Shown: positions 51,989 through 63,053, counted from the first letter of the stretch. The stretch: DNA of 64,000 nucleotides from an uncultured Chloroflexia bacterium (GCA_963716815.1 CAVQUM010000004.1:70333-134332); one strand, 5' to 3'. Translations and numbers: made by a program. Notes: generated from the letters alone by a model not told the origin.

Positions 51989-52998
51989 GCCACCTCTGCT
52001 CCCATGGGTTCGTTGCTCGTGCTGCCGTCGATCCGCCGCAGAGTCCGTCGCCAGCAGGCGCTCCGCGGTGTAGGTGTCGGTGATGAGGCAGTTGATCCAG
52101 CCGCCGACGAGGGCGGCACGGATGGCCTCGGTCTTGCCCGGCCCGCCAGCCACGGCGATGGAGCGGGGCGCGCGCTTGAGCTGTTCGAGCTCGATGCCGA
52201 TGACGCGGTCGTTGAGTGGCGTGTCCACGGGCCGGCCGTCGGCGCACAGGTAGCGCAGGCCGATGTCGCCGACGCCGCCGGCCTCGCGCACCGTGCGCGA
52301 GCTCCTCGGGCGAGAAGACGTTGCCGCTGCTCGCGAGCAGGCCGGATGGCTCCTGGCCGCCGATGCCGACGTAGGCCACGTCGAGCTCATCCGAAGAGCG
52401 CCATGGCGCGGGCCACGAACGGGTCCTGCACCAGCACCGCCCGGGCGCTCGGCCGAGCCGACGCTGCTGGGCGCCGGCAGGAAGGTGCCCTCGCCGTGGA
52501 GCAGGTCGGTCAGGCGCCGGACGAGGTGGGTGGCGTGGCCCTCCGCGGCCGGGTCGCCGCCACCGCCGAGGATCTGCACCACGCGCACGTCCTTGACGCC
52601 ACTGACCGGGTGCATGGCGTCGACCATGGCCAGCAGCGTGGCGCTCCAGGAGCTGACGCCGATGACGTCGCCCGAGCGCACGGTGGTCTCCACGTGGAAG
52701 GCCGCCGCAGCGCCGAGCTCGCGCACGGCAGCGCGTCGTCGTCGCGGGAGATGTCGACGATCTCGGCCTCGGCCAGGCCGAAGCGGTCCTCGAGCGCTTC
52801 CTCGAGCTCGGGGTTGGTGCCGCTGGGCGCGCGCACGCTGATGCGCACGATGCCCTCGTCCTGGGCGCCCTTGAGCAGGCGCAGACCTTGGGCTGCGACA
52901 GGCGCAGGCGGACGGCGATCTCGGGCTGCTTCAGGCCCACGCTCGTAGTAGAGCCGCGCGACGCGGGTCATCAGGCGCAGTTCGTCGGCTCGTCCCAT
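51985..52998 (-). pseudogene. SorC/DeoR-type sugar-binding transcriptional regulator, several frameshifts
   Basis: Reassembled from three frames: MGRADELRLMTRVARLYYERG|LKQPEIAVRLRLSQPKV|RLLKGAQDEGIVRISVRAPSG...VIGVSSWSATLLAMVDAMHP...VVQILGGGGDP...DVAYVGIGG...GVGDIGLRYLCADGRPV...SIAVAGGPGKTEAIRAALVGGWINCLITD. It is a paralog of the intact gene at 63128. Confidence 0.72.
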
Positions 52999-52999
52999 G

Positions 53000-53956
53000 T
53001 CAGCTCCCGATGACCTCCCGTGCGGCGGCGGCGATGCCCTCGGCGCTCATGCCGTAGCGGTCCAGGAGGAACGTCGGCGAGCCCGTCGGGCAGAAGCCGG
53101 GGAAGCCCAGGCAGGCGCATGGGCACGGGTGCTTCGCTCGACCACCACCTCGGCCACGGCCCCGCCGAGCCCGCCGTGCACGATGGCCTCCTCGACGGTG
53201 ACGATGCCCTTCGTCTCGGTCGCGGCCTCGACGATGGCCTCGCGGTCGAGCGGGGCGACCGTGGCCATGTTGATGACACGTGCCTCGATGCCCTCGGCCG
53301 CGAGAGCCTCGGCCGCAGCCAGGGCGCGGGTGACCACGACGCCGTTGGCGATGATGGTCACGTCGTCGCCGTCGCGAAGCCGCACGGCCTCGCCGATCTC
53401 GAACGCGTAGCCGTCGGGATGGACGACCGGCACGCCGATGCGGCTGGTGCGGATGAAGACCGGGCCCTCGTACTCGTAGGCGGCACGGACGGCCTGCGCG
53501 GTCTCGACCGAGTCGGCCGGCACGACCACCACGAGGCGGTCGATGGCGCGGGTCCAGGCGATGTCCTCGATGGAGTGGTGGGTCGGACCCAGCTCGCCGT
53601 AGGCCACGCCACTCGACACGCCGACGAGCTTGACGTTGGCGCCGGTGTAGGCCGCGTCCACCTTGATCTGCTCGAGCGCGCGCGCGGTCAGGAATGGGCG
53701 TGGCGCCGCTGACGAAGGGGATCTTGCCGCCGTTGGCCAGGCCAGCGCCGATGCCGACCATGTTCTGCTCGGCGATGCCGACGTTGACGACCTGGTCCGG
53801 CAGGACCGCCTCCAGCTTGGAGACCTTGGTCGAGCCGAGCGAGTCGTTGACCACGGCCACGACGCGCGCGTCGGCGTGGGCGAGCTCGATGAGCGTGTCG
53901 GCGAAGGCGTCGCGGCAGTCGAACAGCTTGACCTGGGCGGCAGTCTGCGCGGTCAT
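53000..53956 (-). pseudogene. transketolase, C-terminal (pyrimidine-binding) subunit, three frameshifts
   Basis: MTAQTAAQVKLFDCRDAFADTL...NVGIAEQNMVGIGAGLANGGKIPFVSGA | ...VDAAYTGANVKLVGVSSGVAYGELGPTHHSIEDIAW... | ...PVPMRL | LGFPGFCPTGSPTFLLDRYGMSAEGIAAAAREVIGS*. Confidence 0.8.
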
Positions 53957-54800
53957 GCCCGGCTCCCTTCCAGCTCGGCCACAGCCTGCTCGTACTCCTC
54001 GTCGGTGGGGATCCGGTGGTGCCACTCCTCGCGGTCCTCGATGAACGAGACGCCCTTGCCCTTGATGGTGTTGGCGATGACGCAGTTGGGCCGGCCCGCC
54101 TCGAAGGGGAGGGCGGCGAAGACCTCGAGCAGGGCTGCCGGATCGTTGCCGTCGACCTCGCGCACGGCCCAGCCGAAGGCCTCGAACTTGTCGGGCAGCG
54201 GGATCGAGGCCCATGGTCAGCTCGGTGCGGTCACCCTGCTGCAGGCGGTTGCGGTCGACGATGCAGACGAGCTTGTCGAGCCCGAAGTGGCCGGCCGACA
54301 TGGCCGCCTCCCACATCGAGCCTTCCTGCAGCTCGCCGTCGCCGGTGAGCACGAACGTGCGCCGCGTCGGCGCCGTCCATCTGTCCCGAGAGCGCGATGC
54401 CGACGGCCACCGGGAAGCCGTGGCCCAGCGGGCCGGTGTTGGTCTCGACGCCCGGGACCTTGTTGCGGTCCGGGTGGCCGTTGAGGCGGGAGAGCGGCTG
54501 CGAGGAAGGTGTCCAGCTCGGCCTCGTCGAAGTAGCCGGCCATGGCCAGCGTGGTGTACAGCGCCGCGGCCGAGTGGCCCTTGCTGAGGACGAAGCGATC
54601 GCGCTCGGGGTCGTTCGGGTCGGCGGGGTCGTAGCGGAGCACGCCGCCGAAGAAGAGCGTGACCAGGATGTCGATGGCGCTGAGAACTCGCCGCCGATGT
54701 GTCCGAGCTCCGCGCGATGGACCATCTCGAGGTCGCGCAGGCGCACGTCGATGGCACGCTGGCGGAGTGCGTTCGTGATGTCAGCCGTGTCGGTTGCCAC
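53953..54800 (-). pseudogene. transketolase, N-terminal (TPP-binding) subunit, about five frameshifts
   Basis: GTG 54800 preceded by AAGGA. ELGHIGGEFSA | VLRYDPADPNDPERDRFVLSKGHSAAALY | NGHPDRNKVPGVETNTGPLGHGFPVAVG | FVLTGDGELQEGSMWEAAM...IVDRN | FEAFGWAVREVDGNDP...NTIKGKGVSFIEDREEWHH. ATGA overlap with the C-terminal subunit gene. Confidence 0.8.
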
Positions 54801-54850
54801 TGATGGTTCCTTGCTGCGGTCTAGGTCCCTGGGGCGACGGGTCGTATCTG

Positions 54851-54878
54851 CGCCTGAGGTGGCTGCTTACCTCAGGCG
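54851..54878. terminator. hairpin in the leader/terminator zone between rhamnosidase and transketolase genes
   Basis: CGCCTGAGGT-GGCTGCTT-ACCTCAGGCG. It could terminate the rhamnosidase transcript or attenuate the tkt leader. Confidence 0.4.
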
Positions 54879-54893
54879 AGACCCCGTCTCCTC

Positions 54894-54907
54894 TGAATGG
54901 CCATTCA
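54894..54907. promoter_or_regulatory. perfect 14-bp palindrome TGAATGGCCATTCA (candidate operator)
   Basis: It lies ~20 nt downstream of the predicted -10 on the minus strand, inside an unusually AT-rich 80-bp patch. Confidence 0.4.
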
Positions 54908-54927
54908 TAAGCGTATGGACATTGCAC

Positions 54928-54957
54928 AGCATAGGGATGCACCCCCGCATATGTCAA
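54928..54957 (-). promoter_or_regulatory. sigma-70/SigA-like promoter TTGACA-N18-TATGCT for the tkt-sorC-rbs operon
   Basis: The minus strand reads TTGACA (54957-54952), an 18-nt spacer, then TATGCT (54933-54928), ~130 nt upstream of GTG 54800. Confidence 0.45.
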
Positions 54958-54968
54958 GGTGCAACCGC

Positions 54969-57755
54969 TTACAGTGGAGCCGCTGTAGCGTGAGGTCGGG
55001 CGTCCGGCTCAGGCAGGCTCCGTCCCGACCGTGCCGTGCCGGCGATCATCGGAGCGCCGACCGTAATGCGGTGCCTCCCGGGAGCGAGCGCGGCCATGGC
55101 GCCTGCCGTGGCACCGTCGATGGTGACCGAGGATCCGGGCGTCGTCGGTGCCGTGAACGTGCCGGACGCTCCGAACGGCAGATCCACCTCGGCGATGAGC
55201 GAATCCTCCACGATGCGCCATGAGCTCGACACGGTTCCGTATGGCGTCTCGACCGAGGCGCTCGCCCACTCGATACCGTGCGCAGGCTTCGGTGCCAGCA
55301 GCACGTGCCGGTAGCCAGGGACGTCGACATCCGGGGCCAGGCCCGCGACGTGCCGGTAGACCCAGTCGATCACCGCGCCGTAGGCATAGTGGTTGAACGA
55401 GAGCATGTGGCTCTCGTTGCCGTCCGAACCCTCGATCTCTGGCACCGACTCCATCGTGCCCGGATGGATGGAGCCATCGGGTCGGATGGCATCCCAGCGC
55501 TCCCAGACCGTGGTGGCACCCTGGCCGACCTGGTACAGCCAGGACGGCACCTCGGTGCGCAGCAGCATGCGGTAGGCCTCGTCCCAGTGGCCGGCACTCG
55601 CGAGCGCGGGCAGCACCAGCGGCGTCCCCAGGAAGCCGGTCGCGACACGCCCGTCCGCCTCGCGCACGAGTCGGGCCAGGGTGGCCGCGAGTGCCGCCCG
55701 CTCCCCCTCGGGCACCAAGTCGAAACACAGGGCGACGGCACTGCCGGTCTGCGTCGTGGCCGCGTGCTCGCCCCACTCGGCCCACGTGCGCGCTGCCACC
55801 TGCTCGGCGACGGCGCGGTAGTGGCTGGCGTCGTCCGTCCGCCCAAGCAGCGTTGCCGCCCGGGCCAGGAGCCGTCGCGCTGTGAGCGAAGAAGGCGTTG
55901 GCCAGGAAGCGCGAGTCGGCCTTGGACTCCCACGGTCGTTCGGCCGGCGCGTCCGGATCGAGCCAGTCCCCGAACTGCATCGACTCGGGGAGCAGGCCGT
56001 CCGGTGCCCTGGCGCGTCACACAGCGACTCGACGTGGCGCTTCATGCTGTCGTACTGCCGCCGGAGGACCTCGATGTCGCCGAAGGACTCGTAGACGGCC
56101 CACGGCACCATCGTCGCGGCGTCCGCCCAGCCTGCTCGCCCGAAGCGTGACTCGCCGTCGAGCACCACGTCCGGCACGACCGTCGGCAGACGCCGAGCTT
56201 CGGCGTCCTGGTCGAGCGCGAGGTCGATCAGCCAACTGGACCAGAACGCCTGTGCGTCGAAGAGCGTGCAGGCGGTCGGCCCGAAGGCCTGGGCGTCGCC
56301 GGTCCAGCCGAGGCGCTCGTCACGTTGCGGGCAGTCGGTGGGCACGGACACGAAGTTGTCGCGCTGGGACCAGACCACGTTCTCGTGGAAGCGGCTGAGC
56401 GCCGTATCGGAGCACTCGAACCATCCTCGACGCGGCGTGTCGCTGCTGATGGCCACGAACTCGGCGCTCAGCACCTTCGCCTTCGTCCTGACCTCCGCGT
56501 AGCGGAACCCATGGAAGGTGAACGCCGGCTCCAGCTCCGCGATGCGCGAGTCGGCCAGCGTGTAGCGTGTCGGTCGCCTTGGCCGAGCGCAGTGAGCGCG
56601 TGTGCAGCGACCCGTCCGGCTCGAGCACCTCGGCGTGCCGCACGGTGACCTCGTCGCCGCGCGAGCCCTGCACCCGCAAGCCGGACGTAGCCGGCGATGT
56701 TCTGTCCGGCATCGAGTCGCAGCGACGCCGTCGGTCATCGGCGGCAGCGCTCGGACCGGGATCGTCTCGACGACACGGACCGGCTCTGCCATGCGCGGCT
56801 CGATGCCGGCTCGCGTTCGAAGGGACGACCACGGCGACCGCCACCCGGTGCGTGTCGCAGCCCGGGCAGCTCGCAGCCGTCTCGACGCTCGCGCAGGTCG
56901 ATGACCGAGCCGTCGTAGAGGTCGGCCGAGCGGACCTCGGCGGTGGTCGCCAGCCAGCTCTCGTCGGTGACGATGCGCTGTGTCGACCGTCCTCGAGCTC
57001 GACCTCGAGCTGGGCGATCAGGCCCACGTCCTCGCCGTAGTGACAGCGGTCCTCGCCCGGGTTCCAGCCCAGCCGACCGCGATACCAGCCGTCACCGAGC
57101 GTGGCCAGCGAGCACGTTGTCGCCGCTACGCAGCATCGACGGTGACGTCGTACGTGTCGGCCACCAGCCGGTGCCGGTAGGCGGTCCAGCCGGGGGCGAG
57201 CGGGGAGTCGCCGACGCTCGTGCCGTTGATTCGCAGCGAGTACAGGCCCAGGGCCGTCACGTACAGGCGCGCGCAGGCGGACCGCGCCCGGAGCTCGAAC
57301 TCGCGACGCAGCACCGGGCTCGGGGCCTGTTCCGTCGCGACCGGGGTCGTCGGGCAGCGTGATGGCCTCGGCATCCAGTCATCTGCGTCCAGCAGCCCGG
57401 CCTCCACGCCGCAGGGTCGGACTCCAGGCCGTCCAGCCCTGACCGGTGCGGATGCGCACGCGGTAGTAGCGGACCTCTCGGCTCGCGAGCACCGGCCCCG
57501 GTCCCGGCACAGCCACCTGGTCCGCACTCTCGACGACGCCCGGTCGAAGCCGACTGCGTCTCGAAGTCCGGCGCCGGCGGAGGCCTCGATCTCGTAGGCC
57601 TCCTGGCTGAGATCGGGAACGGCCGGGGCGACCTTCCAGGTCAGCCGCATCGGCTCCGCGCCGGCCGCGAGGACGCCCGCAGGCACCTGGCAGCGAAGGT
57701 CGGTGATGGTGACAGGCCGCGACCGCCTCGGGTCTGTGATTCGGTCGATGTCATG
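54969..57755 (-). pseudogene. alpha-L-rhamnosidase (GH78), many frameshifts
   Basis: Pieces in all three frames: VTITDLRCQ...MRLTWKVAP...QEAYEIEAS; LRREFEL...ARLYVTALGLYSLRINGTSVGDSPLAPGWTAYRHRLVADTYDVT; FHGFRYAEV; VPTDCPQRDERLGWTGDAQAF; GATTVWERWD. An ATG at 57755 is preceded by GGAG. Confidence 0.8.
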
Positions 57756-57763
57756 GTCGGCTC

Positions 57764-58584
57764 CTAGCCCTTGATGGCGCCGGTCGTCATGCCCGAGACG
57801 ATCTGGCGCTGGAAGAACATGAACATGATCAGCGGGGGGATGGTGATGAGCAGCACGTCGGTGAAGAGCAGGTGCCAGCGGGTGCTGAACTGTCCCTGGA
57901 AGTTGAACAGCGTCAGCTGCACGGTGGCGTTCTCGGCACCCGGCAGGAAGTAGAGCGGGTTGACGAAGTCGTTGTAGATCGTGACCGAGGCGACCACGAT
58001 GACGGTGATGATGGCCGGCCGCAGCAGCGGGAAGATGACGCGGAAGAAGAGGCGCAGCGGGGACGCGCCGTCCATGACCGCGGCCTCGTCGAGCTCGCGC
58101 GGGATGTCCGCGACGAAGGCCCGGAAGACGATGACCGAGAAGGGCATCAGCTGGGTGACCTCGACCAGGATCAGGCCCGAACAGCGTCTTGAAGAGGTCG
58201 AGCCACTGCAGCACGTAGATCGTGGGCACGACGGCCGGCGGGATGATCAGGCCGGCGATCATCAGGGCGGTGACGGCGGTCGAGACCCGGCTCGCGCCGA
58301 CGCTGCAGGACGAACGCCACCATCGCGGAGAGGACGACCGTGATGGTCACCGAGGCCACGGTCAGGATGAGGCTGTTGACCATGGCCGTGTACATGATCC
58401 CGTTCTGCTGCCGCGAGGACCTCCTGGATGTTCTCGACCAGGTGCCACTCGGTGGGCAGCGAGAACTCGAGCTGGCCGACTCCCTGCGGTCCTTGGCCGC
58501 GGTCAGGACCATGAAGATGAAGGGGATGACGAAGACGACGAAGACCGCCGCCAGCGAGACGACCTCGAGCCAGTACTTGCGCAC
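57764..58584 (-). pseudogene. carbohydrate ABC permease (CUT1, MalG-like), several frameshifts
   Basis: MRKYWLEVVSLAAVFVVFVIPFIFMVLTAAKD | GQLEFSLPTEWHLVENIQEVL | NGIMYTAMVNSLILTVASVTITVVLSAMVAFVLQRRR | MIAGLIIPPAVVPTIYVLQWLDLFKTLFG | MPFSVIVFRAFVADIPRELDEAAVMDGASPLRLFFRVIFPLLRP... Confidence 0.8.
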
Positions 58585-58599
58585 CAGCGCGAGCGGCCC

Positions 58600-59483
58600 T
58601 CACAGCTCGATCTCCTTGCGCGCGAAGAACCGCATCATCGGGTAGACGATGAGCATGACCGCGATGAAGAGGAGCACGTTGCCGGCCGTCGCCAGGCCGT
58701 AGAAGCCGGCCTGGTACTGCTTGTAGATGCTCGACGTGATGACGTCGGTGGTGAAGCCGGGCCCGCCGCCGGTCATGGTCCAGATGAGGTCGAAGGTGCG
58801 CAGGCCGCCGATGAACGAGAGCAGGATGACCGTGAAGGTGGCGTTGCGGCTGAGTGGCACGGTCACGTGCCAGAAGCGCGTCCAGGCTCCGCCCTCGAGA
58901 CGGATGGCGTCGTTGTAGTCCTCGGGGATCGAGAGGATGCCGGCGATGAAGATGACGAGCGCGATGCCGACACCCTTCCACACGTCGACCACCGCCACCG
59001 AGAGCAGGGCGATGGCGGGGTCGGTGAGCCAGCGCGGGCCGTCGATGCCGATGACCTCGAGGGCCGTGTTGATCAGCCCCGAGAGGGATGCATCAGCACC
59101 GCGAAGGTGATGCCCACTGCCACCGTGCTGACGAGGACCGGGAAGAAGATGACCGAGCGAAGCAGGTTGCGGACGCGCAGGCTCGAGGTCAGCAGCACCG
59201 CCAGCCCCAGGCCGAGGACGACCTTCAGGCCGCTGGTCACCGCCGCGTAGATGAACGTGTTGCGCATGCCGTTGACGAGCGCCGGCTCGCGCAGGAACAT
59301 CTCGAAGTTCTCGAGTCCGATGAACTCCGCGTCGAACAGCGTCCAGCGGGTCAGGCTGAAGTAGAACGAAAGCGCCGTCGGCACCACGAAGATGACGCCG
59401 AAGACGATGACCGCAGGCAGGAAGAAGCAGTACGGGTACGACCGCTTGAGCGCCGGTGCCAGCCCGGAGTCCCTCTTGGCCAC
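58600..59483 (-). pseudogene. carbohydrate ABC permease (CUT1, MalF-like), frame break near 59080
   Basis: GTG 59483 preceded by GAGGAAG. YCFFLPAVIVFGVIFVVPTALSFYFSLTRW...AVLMHPS | GLINTALEVIGIDGPRWLTDPAIALLSVAVVDVWKGVG...EDYNDAIRLEGGAWTRFWHVTVPL (EAA-like loop). Confidence 0.8.
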
Positions 59484-59590
59484 GCTTCCTCGTTCCTGTT
59501 CGTGCTTTCCGGGATAGTGAAGGAGGCCGGCCGCTGGGACCGGCCCCCTTCGGGTGCTCGGCTGGCTCAGGAGATGGCTCTGGCCCGGGG

Positions 59591-60891
59591 TCAGTCCCAG
59601 CCTTCGAGACCGAGCTGCTGCGCCTGCTTGACGACGTCCTGGTCGTACAGGGCGGCGCCGTCCTCGGCGCTGCGCAGACCGGAGCCGACCTCGACGAGGA
59701 TGTGCTCGAGCTGCGGGCCCTTGATGGGCGAGAGGAACTCGAGGGCCGGCGCCGCGTTGCCGGCGTCGATGTACGCCTGCAGGTCGAAGAGCGCGGGCAT
59801 CGCGTCCTCGGGCAGCGAGGCGCCCTCGATGAGGTACGGGCCGGCCGGTGACTGGGCCTCGGTCATGACCTCGGTGGCCTCGACCGAGGCGATGAAGGCC
59901 AGGAAGTCCTTGGCCGCGTCGATGTTCTCGGACGTCTTGGGGATGTAGGTGCCGTCCGTCATCCAGATGGTGGCGCCGTTGGCATCGGCCGTGCCTGGCT
60001 GGGCGAAGAAGCCGATGTCGTCGACAGCCTCCGGGTAGACGTTGCTCGATCTCACCCAGCGCGAAGGTCAGCATCGGGTAGTGGGCGACCTTGCCCTCGG
60101 CCAGCAGGCCCAGGGCCTCGCCGTAGGTGGCCACGTCGAAGTCTTCCTGCCACCAGCCATCATCGAAGCCTTCCTGGGTGTACTGGAAGCCCTTCAGCGC
60201 CGCCGGGATCGGTCGCATACTTGGCCTGGTTGTTGGTGTACTTGTCGGCCCACTCGGGGTCCGCGGCCTGGACGTTGAAGAAGTCGCTGAGCACGAAGAG
60301 CTGGGACGTCCAGGTGTCCGCGAACGAGGCCGCTACCGGAGCGATGCCGGCTTCCTTGATGGCCTCGTTGTTGGCTGCGAACTCGTCCCAGGTGGTGGGC
60401 ACCTCGAGGCCGAGTTCCTCGTAGATGGCCTTGTTGTAGAGGATGCCGCCGCCCATGGCCGTGCCCAGCGGAACGCCATAGACGCCGTCGCCGGCGGTGA
60501 CGCTCGGCAGGAACGCGTCGGACACGTTCTCCATGAAGGCCTCACCCGAGAGGTCCACCAGCGTCTCGGTCGGCTTGAGGGCCTGGAACAGCGAGCCCGA
60601 GTTGTAGCGGAAGACGTCGGCCATCTCGCCGGTCGCGAGGCGGGTCTTGACGATGTTGTCGCCATCGCCTCCGCCGGGGCGCCACTCGACCGAGATGGAG
60701 ACGTTGGGGTTCAGCTCCTGGTAGGCCGCGACGAGCGCCTCGGTCCAGGCCATGGTGCCTTCGGTGTTGTCGGCGAGCATGGTCAGCTCGACCTTCTCGT
60801 CTTGCGCCACGGCCGTGGCGGCGAGCGACGTGACCAGCGCCGTGGACAGCGCCGCCACGGTCAGGCCACGCCTGGTAAGCGTGGAACTCAT
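59591..60891 (-). pseudogene. carbohydrate ABC substrate-binding protein (CUT1), two frameshifts (~60215, ~60050)
   Basis: Signal peptide MSSTLTRRGLTVAALSTALVTSLAATAVA. The three consecutive frame pieces join as ...NNQAKYATDP | AALKGFQYTQEGFDDGWWQEDFD...LTFALGEIEQ | ...SNVYPEAVDDIGFFAQPG...KQAQQLGLEGWD*. Confidence 0.8.
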
Positions 60892-61097
60892 GTGTTTCCT
60901 CCGTCTTGGTCCGGCCTCTTGGTGACGGCCGTCCTGCCCGTGTGTCGTGCTCGAGACCCATCCTCCGCGGGACTCGATCGCGGGCAGGGATCGACTCGTA
61001 TCTTCGATGGGTCACCCTCAGCGGACTTGACCAAGATTGCCCTCGTGTAGGACGACATTGCGGGCTTGGCCTGTTGTGGCTCGATGCCCTGCGGTAG

Positions 61098-62027
61098 CTA
61101 GGCCTCGGCGCGCAGACCGCTCCGGCGCTTCCGCCGAGCTGCGTAGTGCACCCGGCTCTGTCGGCGATAGGCGCTCGGGCTCGTGCCCATGTACTGCTTG
61201 AAGCGCCGTGAGAACTGGGAAGGGTCGGGCCACCCGACCTCGGCGCCGACCGAGGCGACCGGCTCCTCCGTCGTCGCCAGCAGCACGGCTGCCCGCTCGG
61301 CTCGTCGTCGATTGAGGTAGGCCATCGGCGGCAGGCCGACCCAGCGGTCGAACTGTCGCACCAGATGGAACGGGCCGACACAGAGCTGGCTCGAAAGCTC
61401 GCGCAGCGTCCACTTGCAGGAGAGGTCCTGGTCGAACAGGTCGATGGCCGAGACGACCAGCGCCGACGCCTGGGGAGCGATGGTCACCGGCTCCAGTCTG
61501 TCTGGCTCGGCGTGCCGCACGAGGACGTCCAGGGCCAGCAGCAGACGGCCGAGATCGAAGGCTTCGTTGCGCTCCTCGGCGGATCGGCCCCGGATGGCTT
61601 CGAGATGCGACTGGCACTCGCTCAGCTCGGCCTCATCGAGGAACCACAGGAGGGGCGGGCGTGGCTCGGCCTCGGTCGGACCGAACAGGCGCCCCAGGAG
61701 CTCGTCCCGACGAGCCCAGGGCAGGTCGAACTGCGTGGCCTCGACGCGGAGCATGCAGTTGAGCACGACCAGCCCTTCGCCAGCGCGGAACCCGTGGCCG
61801 ACGCCAGGGGTCACGAAGATGACCGCGCCGCGACCGATCCGCTGCTCGCCCTCCGCGGTCACGTGCAGCCCGGTCCCGTGGGTCACCAGCGCCAGCTCGT
61901 AGAAGTCGTGGAAGTGCATGAACACGTGGTTCTGCGTCGCCACGTGGAAGCCCACGAGTTGCGACTCGTCCATGAATGCGTCCGTCGAGATGGTGTAGCC
62001 CGGGGCGTGGGGCAGCAGTCTCACCAT
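61098..62027 (-). CDS. AraC family transcriptional regulator (cupin sensor + HTH)
   Basis: HFHDFYELALVTHGTG cupin motif. C-terminal HTH_18: WTLRELSSQLCVGPFHLVRQFDRWVGLPPMAYLNRRRAERAAVLL...VGWPDPSQFSRRFKQYMGTSPSAYR. Intact. Confidence 0.9.
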   Translation of the reverse strand: MVRLLPHAPGYTISTDAFMDESQLVGFHVATQNHVFMHFHDFYELALVTHGTGLHVTAEGEQRIGRGAVIFVTPGVGHGFRAGEGLVVLNCMLRVEATQFDLPWARRDELLGRLFGPTEAEPRPPLLWFLDEAELSECQSHLEAIRGRSAEERNEAFDLGRLLLALDVLVRHAEPDRLEPVTIAPQASALVVSAIDLFDQDLSCKWTLRELSSQLCVGPFHLVRQFDRWVGLPPMAYLNRRRAERAAVLLATTEEPVASVGAEVGWPDPSQFSRRFKQYMGTSPSAYRRQSRVHYAARRKRRSGLRAEA

Positions 62028-62258
62028 GGCATCACGCTAGCACCGGCTGCTACTTCCAGGGACAGGGGCTGGTGTCCATCTCGTCTCGGGTGTCTGCTCG
62101 CCACGTGGTCGAGTGGTGACGAACGAGGGGAGATCAGCGGCTGAACGCGAAGGCGTCCCTCATTGGTGGCGAGGCCGGGCGGGCCAGTTCGGTCGTGTGC
62201 CCGTCTTCGAGCTCGGCCGGTGTGGCGGCCGGCCACGAGTGCGCCCGAGTGAGTCCGA

Positions 62259-63053
62259 TCAGGACATGATCAGGCCGCCATCGACGTTGATGGTCTGGCC
62301 GGTGATGTAGGCGGCATCCTCGGAGGCGAGGAAGAGGACGAGGCCCGCGACGTCAGCGGGAGTGCCGGCGCGCTTCATGGGGATGTTGTTCTGCACCCAC
62401 TCGTCGATGAGCTCGCCTTCCTTGTAGTCACCCAGCAGCTCGCCCCAGGCCTTGTCGTTGTACTTCCACATGTCGGTCTCGATGATGCCGGGGCAGAAGG
62501 CGTTGACGGTGATACCGCTCGTGGCCAGCTCCTTGGCCAGGCTCTGGGTGATGCCGACTACGCCCATCTTGCTGGCCGCGTAGTGGGGCGTGTAGATGAA
62601 GCCGTCGCGTGACTGCCCCGAACCGGTGTTGATGAGCCGACCCGAGCCCTGCTTCAGCATGTGCGCCGCAGCAGCCTGGCAACACAGGAAGACGCCCTTG
62701 GTATTGACGTCCAGAACCAGATCCCACTCCTGCTCGCTCAGCTCGTCGAGCGGCTTGATGGTGATGACGCCAGCGTTCTGGACCGAGACGTCCACACGCC
62801 CGAACTCGCTCACGGTCTGCTGGTAGAGATCCGCGACCTGGCCCTTGTTGGTGACGTCCACGATGAACGAGAGCACGCGGGCATCCGTGGCCGAGCGGAT
62901 CCGCTCGGCAGCCTCGTGCACGGCCTCTTCGTTGGCGGCAAGCACGACCGACGCGCCTTCCTGCGCGAACCGCAGCGCGATACCTTCACCGATACCCCGG
63001 CTCGCGCCAGTGATGACGACGACCTGTCCTTCGAATCGGGCCTGCCCCACCAT
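62259..63053 (-). CDS. SDR-family polyol/sugar dehydrogenase
   Basis: ATG 63053 with GGGAGG upstream. TGASRGIG, NAG, catalytic YAASK, PGIIETDMW. The 321-aa track ORF overextends upstream. Confidence 0.9.
   Translation of the reverse strand: MVGQARFEGQVVVITGASRGIGEGIALRFAQEGASVVLAANEEAVHEAAERIRSATDARVLSFIVDVTNKGQVADLYQQTVSEFGRVDVSVQNAGVITIKPLDELSEQEWDLVLDVNTKGVFLCCQAAAAHMLKQGSGRLINTGSGQSRDGFIYTPHYAASKMGVVGITQSLAKELATSGITVNAFCPGIIETDMWKYNDKAWGELLGDYKEGELIDEWVQNNIPMKRAGTPADVAGLVLFLASEDAAYITGQTINVDGGLIMS

Noticed and set aside
49700-52726. 1008-aa ORF that looks like a giant regulator-lipoprotein-ATPase fusion.
   Set aside because: It is a composite: the RbsA-like ATPase (true start 51298), part of the DUF2291 gene and off-frame stretches of the SorC gene. 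They read through only because high GC leaves few stop codons and indels join the frames.
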